A DNA stretch of 64,000 nt from Candidatus Latescibacterota bacterium (GCA_963761125.1 CAVXFV010000005.1:50088-114087); one strand, 5' to 3'. Positions 49,253 to 59,020 are shown, counted from the stretch's first letter. Numbers and translations: made by a program. Notes: generated by a model not told the origin, from the sequence alone.

Positions 49253-49292
49253 ATGCCGATGGACGGCGTGTTTCTTGCACCGACGCGGGTGC

Positions 49293-50994
49293 ATGACACG
49301 TCCTGTATGCCTGTCCCTCGCCATTCTGGTCGCCGGATTGCCCGCGTGCACATCGGGTGACCATCGCACGGCCGAGAGTAACCGTCCGGCATCTTCCATT
49401 GCGGATACGACGTCTGGACCCGTGCACGGCGGGCGATTGATCATCGGCGAGCAGCAGGAGCCCGAACTGCTGAGCGAAATGCTCAATTCGATGGCGACCA
49501 ACAACATGGTCTGCAATCTCATCTTCAGCAAGTTTGTGAAGTACAACGACAGGTACGAGCTCGTCCCCGATCTGATCACGGAGATACCGACGCTCGAAAA
49601 CGGAGGGAATCTCGCCGGACCACCTCGTGTACACATATCACCTCCGGCCAGATGCGCGCTGGCACGACGGGCTACCGGTGACGAGCAAGGACGTCCGCTT
49701 CACGTTCGAGATCATCATGGATCCGAAGGTGAACGTGGAATCCCGCGAAGGATGGGACGTCGTGGATTCGCTCGCGACTCCCGATGCCCACACCGTGGTG
49801 TTCCACCTGAAGCACCCGTACCCGGATTTCGTCAGCGAGACGTTTTATGACGAATCGATTCTTCCCGAGCACCTCCTCAATTCGTACCGCGGGGAGCGAT
49901 TCCAGTCGGCGCCGTTCCACCACGCGCCCGTGGGCTCCGGCCCGTTCAAGTTCGAGAGTTGGACGCCCGGGTCGCATCTGGTTCTCGTGGCGAATCACGA
50001 CTACTATGGCGATGGTCCCTATCTCGATTCGATCATTTTCAAGTTCGTTCCCAACGAGAATGCTCTGCTCGTGCAGTTGAAATCGGGCGAAGTCGATATG
50101 TTCGACAACGCCAATATCAGCTATATCGGCCAGCTGGAGGCAATCCCCGGCATTCATGTGTTCCGGACGCCGATGCTGATGTACGAGCATCTCGACCTCA
50201 ATACCGAAAACGAGATCCTTCGCGATCGTCGTGTGCGTCGCGCCCTGAGCTACGCCACGAACAAAACTGAAATCGCCGAGAGAATCTATAACGGGCTGGT
50301 CCGCGTCGCGGCTCTGGATGACTTCGAGGAGTCGCGCTACTACTCGCCCGAAGCCGCGGCAAAGGCGACATACGATCCCGTAGCTGCCCGGCGGCTGTTG
50401 CTCGAGGCCGGGTGGCGAGACACCGACGGCGACGGGATCCTGGACAAGGACGGCAAGCCGCTACGCCTGTCCATTTCGGCGAGCTCGGGACAGCCCAATC
50501 GCGAGCGGACAGAACTCGTGCTGCGCGATCAGTATCGAAACGTCGGCGTCGACCTCGAAATCAACAACAGTGGCCCGACGGTGCTTTACGGGACATACGA
50601 AGACGGCGGTGTGCTCAAGCGCGGTAAGTTCGACATCGCGATGTACGCGTGGCTGTCGTCTCCGGGACCGTCGCGTCGCGAGTCTCTCTATTCGGCGACC
50701 AGCATTCCACCGAGCGGGCAGAATCATCCCCGGTATCGCAACGATGAGGTCACCCGCCTTCTCGAGCTGGGGAGCACCGAAACCGACGAAGCGAAGCGCG
50801 AGGAAACGTACCGACGCATCCAGGACATCCTGGTCGACGAGGTCCCGGTGATTCCGCTGTTCTGGTATACCGCCATCGATCCGGTGACCGATCGCTTGCG
50901 CAATTTCAGGCCCAATGCGACGCAGTCGGCCGACACCTGGAACGCCTCGCAATGGTATCTGACCGACGGCGGTGCTCAGGTCTCCCGCCGCTGA
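49293..50994 (+). CDS. ABC transporter substrate-binding protein, family 5 (peptide), set 3, interrupted by a +1 frame shift near 49608
   Basis: Signal/lipoprotein-like N-terminus MTRPVCLSLAILVAGLPAC...; frame 3 to ...TEIPTLENGG, then frame 1 ISPDHLVYTYHLRPDARWHDGLPVTSKDVRFTF.... One extra A in GGG-A-ATC separates the frames. Confidence 0.8.
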
Positions 50995-51147
50995 GCCGCC
51001 CGCCCGCTTCCGGAAAAAGCCCGGTTGCGCCACCTCCGCCCGTCACAGGCCCCAAATTGGTATGGAACTCGCAAACTCCGCATGGGCCGTCCCGTCACGG
51101 GGCGTGACCCGCGTCGCTAGTTGATTTAGTTACAGTTGGTTAACCTG

Positions 51148-52107
51148 ATGTTGCGATTCTTTCTACGTCGGTGTCTCGCGGTCCTACCGCTCGTCCTGCT
51201 GGTGTCGCTCATCTGTTTTGCACTGATGCAGGCGGCGCCCGGCGGGCCCGTGGGGATGATGACCGACAACCCCATGATGGGCGCGGACGATATCGCGCGC
51301 ATTCGCGACAATTTTGGCCTGGACCGTCCGGTGATCGTGCAATACGGGCTCTGGCTCCGGCGGGTCATGCTTCACGGCGATTTCGGGCACTCGCATGTGA
51401 CCGGAGAGCCCGTCATCCAGATGATCGCCCAGCGGCTGCCGGCCACCGTGGAGCTGATGGGATCGGCGTTCGTGCTGGCGTTCCTCTTCGGGCTTTCGGG
51501 GGGCATCGTGGCCGCGCTCAAGCGGTATACGAAATTCGATTCGATCATCATGCTGGTGACCCTCCTTGGAATCTCGATCCCCGTGTTCTGGCTGGGGCTC
51601 ATGTCGATGATGCTCTTTACGGTGAAGTGGCGCGTGCTCCCGTCGACCGGGATGTTCTCCCTCGGTGTCCCGTTTTCGGTGGCCGATCATCTTCGGCACC
51701 TGTTCATGCCCGCGCTGGTTCTCTCGCTGCTATTCATCGCGAGTTGGAGCCGGTACATGCGGGCGAGCCTGTCCAACGTTCTCGCGATGAACTACATCAA
51801 TGTCGCTCGGGCGAAGGGGGCGTCGTCCGGGAGCGTGGTCTTCCGGCATGCGGTGCGCAATGCGGCCATCCCCGTGCTGACCGTGATCGCGCTCAATCTC
51901 CCTGCGTTGTTCACCGGGTCGATTATCACGGAGACGATCTTCGCGTGGCCTGGGATGGGGAGGCTGTTCTACGACGGGCTGCTGCGGCAGGACTATACGC
52001 GCCTGATGGGAATCATTTTCATTTCGTCGGCGTTGATCGCCGTACTCAACCTGATTGCGGATACGATTTATGGCGTACTCGACCCCCGTATTAGACTCGC
52101 CCGCTAA
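51148..52107 (+). CDS. Peptide ABC transporter permease (DppB-like), set 3
   Basis: MLRFFLRRCLAVLPLVLLVSLICFALMQAAPGGP...; about 320 aa. Confidence 0.88.
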   Translation: MLRFFLRRCLAVLPLVLLVSLICFALMQAAPGGPVGMMTDNPMMGADDIARIRDNFGLDRPVIVQYGLWLRRVMLHGDFGHSHVTGEPVIQMIAQRLPATVELMGSAFVLAFLFGLSGGIVAALKRYTKFDSIIMLVTLLGISIPVFWLGLMSMMLFTVKWRVLPSTGMFSLGVPFSVADHLRHLFMPALVLSLLFIASWSRYMRASLSNVLAMNYINVARAKGASSGSVVFRHAVRNAAIPVLTVIALNLPALFTGSIITETIFAWPGMGRLFYDGLLRQDYTRLMGIIFISSALIAVLNLIADTIYGVLDPRIRLAR

Positions 52108-52132
52108 CGGACGCGGGGAGCGGACGATCGTC

Positions 52133-53041
52133 GTGCAGACGGTGCATCCGCTGCGCGAGACCATTCGCTCGGCTCCGTCGTCGGCCGGACGCGGGGACCG
52201 CAATGCCATCTCCGTGGCCCTCAAACGGAGCCCGCTGGCCTATGCCGCGTTCATTCTGATGAGCCTGATCATTCTCGGGGCCGTGTTCGCGCCGTTCATG
52301 AGCCCGTACTCGAAGGACAAGATCGATCTCACGCGCCAGTACCTGGCGCCGTCGCTCGATCACCCGTTCGGAACCGATGATCTGGGCCGGGACATCTTCG
52401 TTCGCGTCATGCACGGGGGGCGCATCACGCTGGCCGTGGGTTTTCTGGCGATGGCGGTGGCCCTGGTCATCGGAGTCGCCGCGGGCGGAATTTCGGGCTA
52501 TTACGGCGGCTGGATCGACAACGCGATTATGAGGCTCGTCGACCTGATGCTGGCCGTACCGGTGTTCTTCGTGATTCTCTTCGTATCCAGTGTGGCATCG
52601 CCACGGGCATCCATCGCCGTGGTGTGTCTCATGATCGGGTTCACGCAATGGATGGAGGTCGCACGACTCGTGCGCGCGGTCGTCATGACCACCAAGGAGC
52701 ACGAGTTCGTGGACGCCGCCCGAACGCTGGGTCTGGCCGACCGGCGCATCCTGCTTCGGCACCTGCTTCCGCACACCACGGCACCCGTGCTGGTCGCCAT
52801 TACCCTGGGACTCGCTCAAGCGATCATTATCGAAAGTGGGTTGTCATTCCTCGGATTCGGCGTCCAGCCACCGACCCCGAGCTGGGGCGCAATGCTGCAG
52901 AACGCCCAGGGGTCGCTCAGTGAGTGTCCCTGGATCGCGATCTTCCCCGGCCTGATGATCTTTCTCACCGTCGTCTGCTGCAACGTGCTCGCGGATTTCC
53001 TCGGCGAAGCGCTCAGCCAGATCCGCCCCACGACTCGCTGA
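52133..53041 (+). CDS. Peptide ABC transporter permease (DppC-like), set 3
   Basis: ...HPFGTDDLGRDIFVRV... motif. Start uncertain: GTG 52133 gives an N-terminus comparable to the set-2 paralog; the ORF is open from ATG 52055/52070. Confidence 0.8.
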   Translation: MQTVHPLRETIRSAPSSAGRGDRNAISVALKRSPLAYAAFILMSLIILGAVFAPFMSPYSKDKIDLTRQYLAPSLDHPFGTDDLGRDIFVRVMHGGRITLAVGFLAMAVALVIGVAAGGISGYYGGWIDNAIMRLVDLMLAVPVFFVILFVSSVASPRASIAVVCLMIGFTQWMEVARLVRAVVMTTKEHEFVDAARTLGLADRRILLRHLLPHTTAPVLVAITLGLAQAIIIESGLSFLGFGVQPPTPSWGAMLQNAQGSLSECPWIAIFPGLMIFLTVVCCNVLADFLGEALSQIRPTTR

Positions 53042-53079
53042 TCCCTCCGTTCCGGGATCGGCTCCGCCTCGGATTGAGG

Positions 53080-53108
53080 TTGAACCTCCGGGCGGCCTGC
53101 GCTATTCT
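53080..53108 (+). promoter_or_regulatory. Candidate sigma70-like promoter (TTGAAC-N17-TATTCT) upstream of the ThiI-like gene
   Basis: Good -35 with a moderate -10; followed by a hairpin (GTAACCCGTT...AACGGGATTAC) in the leader. Confidence 0.3.
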
Positions 53109-53177
53109 GACCCGCGTCTGAAGCACGTAACCCGTTTTGAATAACGGGATTACACGTCGCGCAGCATCGCTTTCCAA

Positions 53178-54209
53178 ATGAAACCAGAGACCCACGGCAT
53201 CGGTTTGTTATCCGGTGGACTCGATTCGGCGCTGGCGGCCAAGGTCGTCCAGGACGCCGGGGCGCGTGTCACGTGCCTGCATTTCTTTACGGGGTTTTGC
53301 CTCACCGGACATCATAGCCGCGTCGGGCGAACCGACCGCCGGCTCGCCAACCCCGCCCTCGAAGTCGGCGCGATGAACGATATCCGCGTGGAATTGATCG
53401 ACATTTCGCGCGACTACCTGCCGATGGTGCTGGCGCCCCGCCACGGGTACGGGGCCAACATGAATCCGTGCATCGATTGCCGCGTCTTCATGCTCCGACG
53501 TGCCAGGCAGTACATGGAGGAGGTCGGTGCCGATTTCGTATTCACCGGTGAGGTCCTGGGACAGCGCGCGATGTCGCAGAAGCGGAGCTCGATCGACCTG
53601 ATCGAGCGCGAAGCGGGGCTCGAGGGAAAGCTGCTAAGACCGCTGTCTGCCCGGTTGCTCAAGCCCACCCAGGTGGAGATCGACGGACGGATCGATCGCG
53701 ACCGCCTGCTCGCGATTACCGGACGGAGTCGCGCACCGCAGATCGAGCTCGCGAGAAAGTACGGGCTGACGGACTACATGGCGCCCGCCGGCGGGTGCTG
53801 CTTTCTCGCCGACCCGGGCTACTCGAGCCGACTGCGTGACTTCATACAGTACCTGGACGGCGCCGATCTGACGATGGACGACGTCTATCTGCTGGGCGTC
53901 GGCCGGCATTTTCGTCTTCCGTCGCTCGCGAAGGTGATCGTTGGTCGCAACGAGATCGAAAACCACTTCCTCGATCGATACGCGGGCACCGAGCTGTGTG
54001 CCCGCGCCGTCGACCTCAAGGGGCCGACCGCCATCGCAACGGGCGCTCGCGACGAGTCCGACATTCGCGCGACGGCGTCGATCGTGGCGCGCTACGGAAA
54101 GGGCCGCGTCGAAGACGCGGTGACGGTGGCGGTTTCATTCGCAGGCGGCACGCGCACGCTCGTCGTACCGCCCGCGGTGGACACGTGGCTGGACCAGGTG
54201 CGAATATGA
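53178..54209 (+). CDS. ThiI-like PP-loop ATP-pyrophosphatase (tRNA sulfurtransferase-like; no THUMP domain)
   Basis: PP-loop SGGLDSALAA; ...NPCIDCRVFMLRRARQYMEEVGADFVFTGEVLGQRAMSQ... parallels the ThiI adenylation domain; GGCCFLADPG resembles the ThiI 'DCCTLF' region. Confidence 0.65.
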   Translation: MKPETHGIGLLSGGLDSALAAKVVQDAGARVTCLHFFTGFCLTGHHSRVGRTDRRLANPALEVGAMNDIRVELIDISRDYLPMVLAPRHGYGANMNPCIDCRVFMLRRARQYMEEVGADFVFTGEVLGQRAMSQKRSSIDLIEREAGLEGKLLRPLSARLLKPTQVEIDGRIDRDRLLAITGRSRAPQIELARKYGLTDYMAPAGGCCFLADPGYSSRLRDFIQYLDGADLTMDDVYLLGVGRHFRLPSLAKVIVGRNEIENHFLDRYAGTELCARAVDLKGPTAIATGARDESDIRATASIVARYGKGRVEDAVTVAVSFAGGTRTLVVPPAVDTWLDQVRI

Positions 54210-54246
54210 CGCGCGGTGTACGTGCGAAGGACGGGTTGCGGTGGCG

Positions 54247-54990
54247 ATGAACGCCGGCACACTGAGCATGCTCCTCGCGCTCGTCGCTGCGGGCGCGACC
54301 GTCGCGGGCGGCGTGGTCGCCACGCTTCCGGGACGGCTTTCGCGGCAACGACTGAGCCACATCATCGCGTTCGGCGCGGGGTATATTCTCGCCGCCGTGC
54401 TGGTCACCATGCTCCCACAGAGCATCGAACTGCTGGACTCCGCTCCAGTCTGGATCTTCGTGGGGTATGGACTGGCGCATCTATTCGAACACACGTTTAC
54501 GTCGCACTTCCATTTCGGGGAGGAAACACACGCCGAACACGTCGTCGCGCCCTCGGTGAGTCTGACCGCCCTCGTCGGGTTGGCGCTGCACGCGTTTTTC
54601 GACGGGGTCGCGATCTCGTCCGGGTTTCTGGTGACCCCGTCACTGGGCGTCGTGATCGCGCTCGCCGTCCTGCTGCACAAGATTCCGGAGGGTGTCACCA
54701 TCTCGTCGCTAATGATCGCGGCCGGCTGGACCCGCCGCGCCGCCCGACTGGGCTCCGGGCTCCTGGCCGCCACCACCCTCCTCGGTGCGTTGGGGATGAC
54801 CCTGATCGGCGGCCGATTCAAGGGGGTTGGACTCGCAATATCTTGTGGAATAGCACTTTACGTTGCAGCTACCGATCTGATGCCGGAATTCAACCAGCAC
54901 CCCGAGCGTGGTTATTCGGTGACGGCCCTGGTGGGGGTGCTGTTATACTTCGGGGTCCATGCGGTCATGACGCGATTAGGGATTCATTAG
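54247..54990 (+). CDS. ZIP-family divalent metal transporter (ZupT-like)
   Basis: 8-TM protein with His-rich central loop ...HFHFGEETHAEH... and ...LHKIPEG... motif; alternative GTG start at 54241. Confidence 0.8.
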   Translation: MNAGTLSMLLALVAAGATVAGGVVATLPGRLSRQRLSHIIAFGAGYILAAVLVTMLPQSIELLDSAPVWIFVGYGLAHLFEHTFTSHFHFGEETHAEHVVAPSVSLTALVGLALHAFFDGVAISSGFLVTPSLGVVIALAVLLHKIPEGVTISSLMIAAGWTRRAARLGSGLLAATTLLGALGMTLIGGRFKGVGLAISCGIALYVAATDLMPEFNQHPERGYSVTALVGVLLYFGVHAVMTRLGIH

Positions 54991-54994
54991 GACG

Positions 54995-55339
54995 ATGAGC
55001 AATATCGACTTTCTCGTTGTATTGATCACGGCGCCGACTGCGGCCGACGGGCGACGTATTGCGCGCGCGCTGGTCGACGAACATCTCGCCGCGTGCGTCA
55101 ACGTTCTGCCCGAGTGCCGGAGCGTCTATCGGTGGGAGGGCGAGGTCCAGGAAGAAGCGGAAGTGATGATGGTGGCAAAGACGGCGCGCGAACTCTTTCC
55201 GCGCCTGGCCGAACGAGTGACTCAGATCCACCCGTACGCGGTGCCCGAGGTCGTGGGTCTACCCCTGCTGAAAGTGACGGATCCCTATCGCCGGTTCCTC
55301 GACGATGGGGTGGGTGGGGAGAAGCGCAATCGCCGATGA
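54995..55339 (+). CDS. cutA: Divalent-cation tolerance protein CutA
   Basis: 114 aa, ...VVLITAPTAADGRRIARALVDEHLAACVNVLPECRSVYRWEGEV...; CutA1 trimer family. Confidence 0.85.
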   Translation: MSNIDFLVVLITAPTAADGRRIARALVDEHLAACVNVLPECRSVYRWEGEVQEEAEVMMVAKTARELFPRLAERVTQIHPYAVPEVVGLPLLKVTDPYRRFLDDGVGGEKRNRR

Positions 55340-55340
55340 G

Positions 55341-55733
55341 CTACACGAGGCCGGACGTCGCCGAAACCGCGGCGTCGACAAGCGAGCCCATCACGGCGCT
55401 GACCGTGGTCACGAAGGCGCGTCCAAGTGTCGCGGCTGTACGGGCCGTCCGACGGGCCGTCTCGACCGCTCCCGCTTTTTCCTCGGTGCACACGGTCACA
55501 TCGCGCTGCGTAACCTTGCCGTCGCATATCACCGAAACGTGTTCAAATCGAACGTGCCGGAGCTGACCGAGGGGGACGAGCACGTCCACGGTCACCGTGG
55601 GCACCGCTTCGAGGATCTGGGCGGTCGCCGCCGCTTTGCTGGAGCGGTCGCACGCATATGCGGATGAATGGATTCCCCATGATGTGCCCAGTGTTGCCAC
55701 CACCAGAGCACCCAGTGCCAGACGTTTCATCAC
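55341..55733 (-). CDS. Hypothetical small secreted Cys-containing protein (minus strand)
   Basis: 130 aa with a convincing signal peptide (MMKRLALGALVVATLGTSWGIHSSAYA|C); no recognised domain; converges on the cutA 3' end. Confidence 0.35.
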   Translation of the reverse strand: MMKRLALGALVVATLGTSWGIHSSAYACDRSSKAAATAQILEAVPTVTVDVLVPLGQLRHVRFEHVSVICDGKVTQRDVTVCTEEKAGAVETARRTARTAATLGRAFVTTVSAVMGSLVDAAVSATSGLV

Positions 55734-55863
55734 ATACCTCCTTGGACAGATACTACGCCGCGGGGCTGTCCGCGGTTCCCGGCAATGCCGGATGTATGTC
55801 TTTTAGACGACCCCGGGGGGTTGGGGGTTGCAAGAAAGTTCGTTTGCGGGGAGGATTTCCCTC

Positions 55864-56682
55864 ATGAAACTACCGGCCATCGGCCTGGCTCTGAGCGGTG
55901 GGACGGCGAAGTCGGTCACGCACGTCGGCGTGATCAAGGCGCTGGTCGAGGCCGAGATACCCATTTCATACATAGCGGGCACGAGCGGAGGGAGTATCGT
56001 GGGCATGATGCTCGCCACCGGCATGCCGATCTCGACGATGGAGGCCGTGGCCAACACGATGAGCTGGCGCAAGCTCGTCAGTATCCGGCTGACCCGGCTC
56101 GGGTTTATTTCCAGCCAGCGGATCGAAGAATTTATCATCGAGACCATTGGTGACCTCCGGTTCGACGAACTCAATATCCCGTGTGGTGTGGTTGCGACGA
56201 ACCTGATCACCGGCGACAAGCGAATCTTCCGCGAGGGGTCGGTGGCGCGCGCGGTCCGCGCGAGCTGCAGTATTCCGCAGATCTATCTGCCAGTCGAGAT
56301 CGACGGCGAGTATTACGTCGACGGCGGACTCGCCGAGTACCTGCCCGTCGAGACCGCGCAGGAAATCGGCTCGGAATTCACCATCGCATCACACCTCGCC
56401 CCGATCGATCCCGCGTACCGTCGGCCGCGCAACATCCTTCAACTGGTGGTGCAGGTGACCGGTCTGATGGCGCGAAAGAATTTTCCCATCTCCGAACAGA
56501 AGGCAGACTTCGTGATTCATCCGAACGTCGATGCGTACAGTTCGTTCGACTTCGAACACTCCGCGGAAATGATCGAAATCGGTTACGACGCGACCAAGCG
56601 CGTCATCGCCGACCTCAAGAACGAGCTGCAGAAGGCCGGCGGAATCGGCACCCGGATCGCCCGGAAGATCCTGGGCGAGTGA
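55864..56682 (+). CDS. Patatin-like phospholipase (RssA/NTE class)
   Basis: GTSGG (GxSxG nucleophile elbow), Gly-rich oxyanion region LSGGTAKS, and catalytic-dyad Asp in ...YVDGGLAEY.... Confidence 0.85.
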   Translation: MKLPAIGLALSGGTAKSVTHVGVIKALVEAEIPISYIAGTSGGSIVGMMLATGMPISTMEAVANTMSWRKLVSIRLTRLGFISSQRIEEFIIETIGDLRFDELNIPCGVVATNLITGDKRIFREGSVARAVRASCSIPQIYLPVEIDGEYYVDGGLAEYLPVETAQEIGSEFTIASHLAPIDPAYRRPRNILQLVVQVTGLMARKNFPISEQKADFVIHPNVDAYSSFDFEHSAEMIEIGYDATKRVIADLKNELQKAGGIGTRIARKILGE

Positions 56683-57491
56683 TGTCACGACCGATCTTCC
56701 TCTTGACGGATTTCGGCGACGACGATTTCTACGCGGGCGTCATGCGGGCTGTCGCGGCGTCGGCGTCTCCAGCTTCCCGGGTCGTGGACGTGACGCACGC
56801 GATCCGTCCGCACGACGTCGATGAAGCGAGCTTCGTGCTGGCGCGCACACTGGAGTACACGTCACCGGACGCCGTTATCGTCGTGGTCGTTGATCCCGGG
56901 GTCGGAAGCGAACGTCGGGGACTGGTCGTCGACGTTGGCGGGCGGACCCTGGTCGGGCCGGATAACGGGTTCGCGACTGACGTGATCGTCGAGAACGGAG
57001 CGGACCGATTCGTCGCGATCGACGGGTCCGCGGCCGGGCGCGCGGTCGGGCACCCGGTGCGCGGCGCGACGTTCCATGGACGAGATGTCTTCGTCCCGAC
57101 CGCCGCGGCGATCGCGCGCGGGGCGCCGTCCTCGGACCTAGGACAGGAGACCGGAGGGATCGTGCTGCTTTCCGATGTGCCAAGCACGTCCGTTGACGCC
57201 GGGCGAATCTCGGGTGCCGGTCGTCACGTGGACCGGTTCGGCAACGTGCTCACGGACATCCCCCGGCGACTCGTCGAGCAGGTGTTTCCGTCGCTGGACT
57301 GCCGGGTCACTGCGGGGGGAATCGACGTCGGACCGCTGCGCCGAACGTACGCCGATGTGGCCCCGGGAGAACTCCTGGCGATCCTCAACAGCTGGGATCT
57401 CGTCGAGGTCGCCGCGCGCGGGGCCCGGGCGATCGGCCGGCTGGGCGCCACCGTCGCGCGGGCGGTGCGCTTCGAACTCTCGCCGGTGTGA
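56682..57491 (+). CDS. S-adenosyl-L-methionine hydroxide adenosyltransferase family protein (DUF62; fluorinase/chlorinase superfamily)
   Basis: ATG 56682 overlaps the patatin stop (TGATG). MSRPIFLLTDFGDDDFYAGVMRAV...VVDVTHAI...VVVDPGVGSERRGLVV...DRFGNVLTDI... matches the DUF62/SAM-hydrolase fold signature. Confidence 0.8.
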   Translation: MSRPIFLLTDFGDDDFYAGVMRAVAASASPASRVVDVTHAIRPHDVDEASFVLARTLEYTSPDAVIVVVVDPGVGSERRGLVVDVGGRTLVGPDNGFATDVIVENGADRFVAIDGSAAGRAVGHPVRGATFHGRDVFVPTAAAIARGAPSSDLGQETGGIVLLSDVPSTSVDAGRISGAGRHVDRFGNVLTDIPRRLVEQVFPSLDCRVTAGGIDVGPLRRTYADVAPGELLAILNSWDLVEVAARGARAIGRLGATVARAVRFELSPV

Positions 57492-57674
57492 TTTTGGGGC
57501 TTCAATGCCCCTGTCCGGATACGTTATTATGTCGCTTCGCCCCTGTGAAAATGGTACCTGCAATCGTCGAGCCGCCCGGCCCGGCTTTCCCGAATTGTAT
57601 TGTATGAGAATCGTGGGCGCGCCGACCTCCACCCGCGAGGCCGTCCGCCGGTCAGCGCAGAGGAGATTCACAGA

Positions 57675-58370
57675 ATGAAACGAGTGCTTTTCATCGTCGT
57701 GATGGCGGTTTCGGCGATCACCATGGTCGGGCCGGCGTTCGCTCAGCGGACGACGGAGCAGCCAAAGTACCTTCGGATTCCGCACCGGTTTCAGATTTTT
57801 CTGGAAGGTGGCGGCGCTATTCCCAGAAAGCCTGGCGATTTCAAGGAGTTCTGGAATTCGTCGTTTTCGTTCGGGATCGGTGCGGGGGTCTCGGTGCTCC
57901 CGTGGCTCGAGGTGAACGGGGGTTTTCAGCACATGAGTTTTTCGAACGACGGCCTCAAGGCCAAGAGCACCCTGCGCTACACCGGCATCAAGGATGTGCA
58001 GGGCGGCACGATCTCGACAAATGTCATGTACGGGTCCGCGCGATTCCTGGCCGTTCCCAAGTCGAGAACCAATCCCTATGTGGAAATGGCGGTCGGGTAT
58101 TACAAGACGACCGCCGAAGATATCCAGATCGAGGACGTGCTTCGAAATTCGATGAATGATGCCAGCGGGATGACGATCGCGCCGTCGGTGGGTATTCAAT
58201 ATGCGCTAAGCGACTCCTGGAGCACATACGCTCGGTACACGTACACGCGCAATCTCAGCAGCACCTTCGATCCGGGCCAGCTGTTGCAGCCCACGACCGG
58301 AACCCACGAGTCGACGCCCGGCGACCAGGTTATTCAGGCGATTACGGTCGGCCTGATCGTCGGTTTCTGA
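57675..58370 (+). CDS. Small outer-membrane beta-barrel protein (OmpW/OmpA-beta-barrel-like), copy 1
   Basis: AGAGGAG Shine-Dalgarno then ATG 57675; signal peptide ...MVGPAFAQ; about 230 aa with an alternating hydrophobic beta-strand pattern and C-terminal ...VGLIVGF. Confidence 0.7.
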   Translation: MKRVLFIVVMAVSAITMVGPAFAQRTTEQPKYLRIPHRFQIFLEGGGAIPRKPGDFKEFWNSSFSFGIGAGVSVLPWLEVNGGFQHMSFSNDGLKAKSTLRYTGIKDVQGGTISTNVMYGSARFLAVPKSRTNPYVEMAVGYYKTTAEDIQIEDVLRNSMNDASGMTIAPSVGIQYALSDSWSTYARYTYTRNLSSTFDPGQLLQPTTGTHESTPGDQVIQAITVGLIVGF

Positions 58371-58372
58371 CC

Positions 58373-58999
58373 ATGCCCCCGCGGGTGCTTCGAAGTCGGT
58401 GGTTGTCCCTCGTCGGCTCGGCGCTCGCCTTCGCGATCCTGTCCGGGATGCCGCGATCGGCGCTCGCGCACGAACACGTGCGCAACGACTGGTGCGTCGG
58501 GCTCGGATTCGGAAACGGATGGGCCAACGTCTCCTGGGACGATTATCAGCGCCAGGCCCAGTGGTCGGGCACCGTCGCGGCGCGGGTCGGCTACGCTGTC
58601 CGGCAGAGTCTCGTCGTGTCGGCGGATTTCCAGGGTTGGGCGAAGGACTATGACCTGGCGACCATCCAGGGCGATGTGCCGGTGAAGGTGCAGCTCGCGG
58701 GGGCCACGCTCGGGGTGGTGGCGTTCCCTGGAAACGTCGGCTTTCTCGTGAAGGGCGGACTCGGCGTCGCGATTGCTTCGGTGGACGTGACGCCGCCATC
58801 TTACGTCGATTTTCCGACGAGCGGAACGTTCACCGATACCGGCGTCGCGGCGATGGCCGGCATGGGATACGAATTCCGGCTGACCCGGACTTTCGCACTC
58901 GGTATCGAGTTCGACGCCATGTTCCTCGGTGTCAAAGGGGAAGGAATTTCCAACGTCTTCAACTACGGCTCCGACGTGACGTTTGGCTGGTACTGGTAG
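58373..58999 (+). CDS. Small outer-membrane beta-barrel protein, copy 2
   Basis: 208 aa; signal peptide ...PRSALAHE; Gly/aromatic-rich strands; C-terminal ...TFGWYW. Confidence 0.7.
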   Translation: MPPRVLRSRWLSLVGSALAFAILSGMPRSALAHEHVRNDWCVGLGFGNGWANVSWDDYQRQAQWSGTVAARVGYAVRQSLVVSADFQGWAKDYDLATIQGDVPVKVQLAGATLGVVAFPGNVGFLVKGGLGVAIASVDVTPPSYVDFPTSGTFTDTGVAAMAGMGYEFRLTRTFALGIEFDAMFLGVKGEGISNVFNYGSDVTFGWYW

Positions 59000-59020
59000 C
59001 GTCGGCACGCGAGGTCTCCC

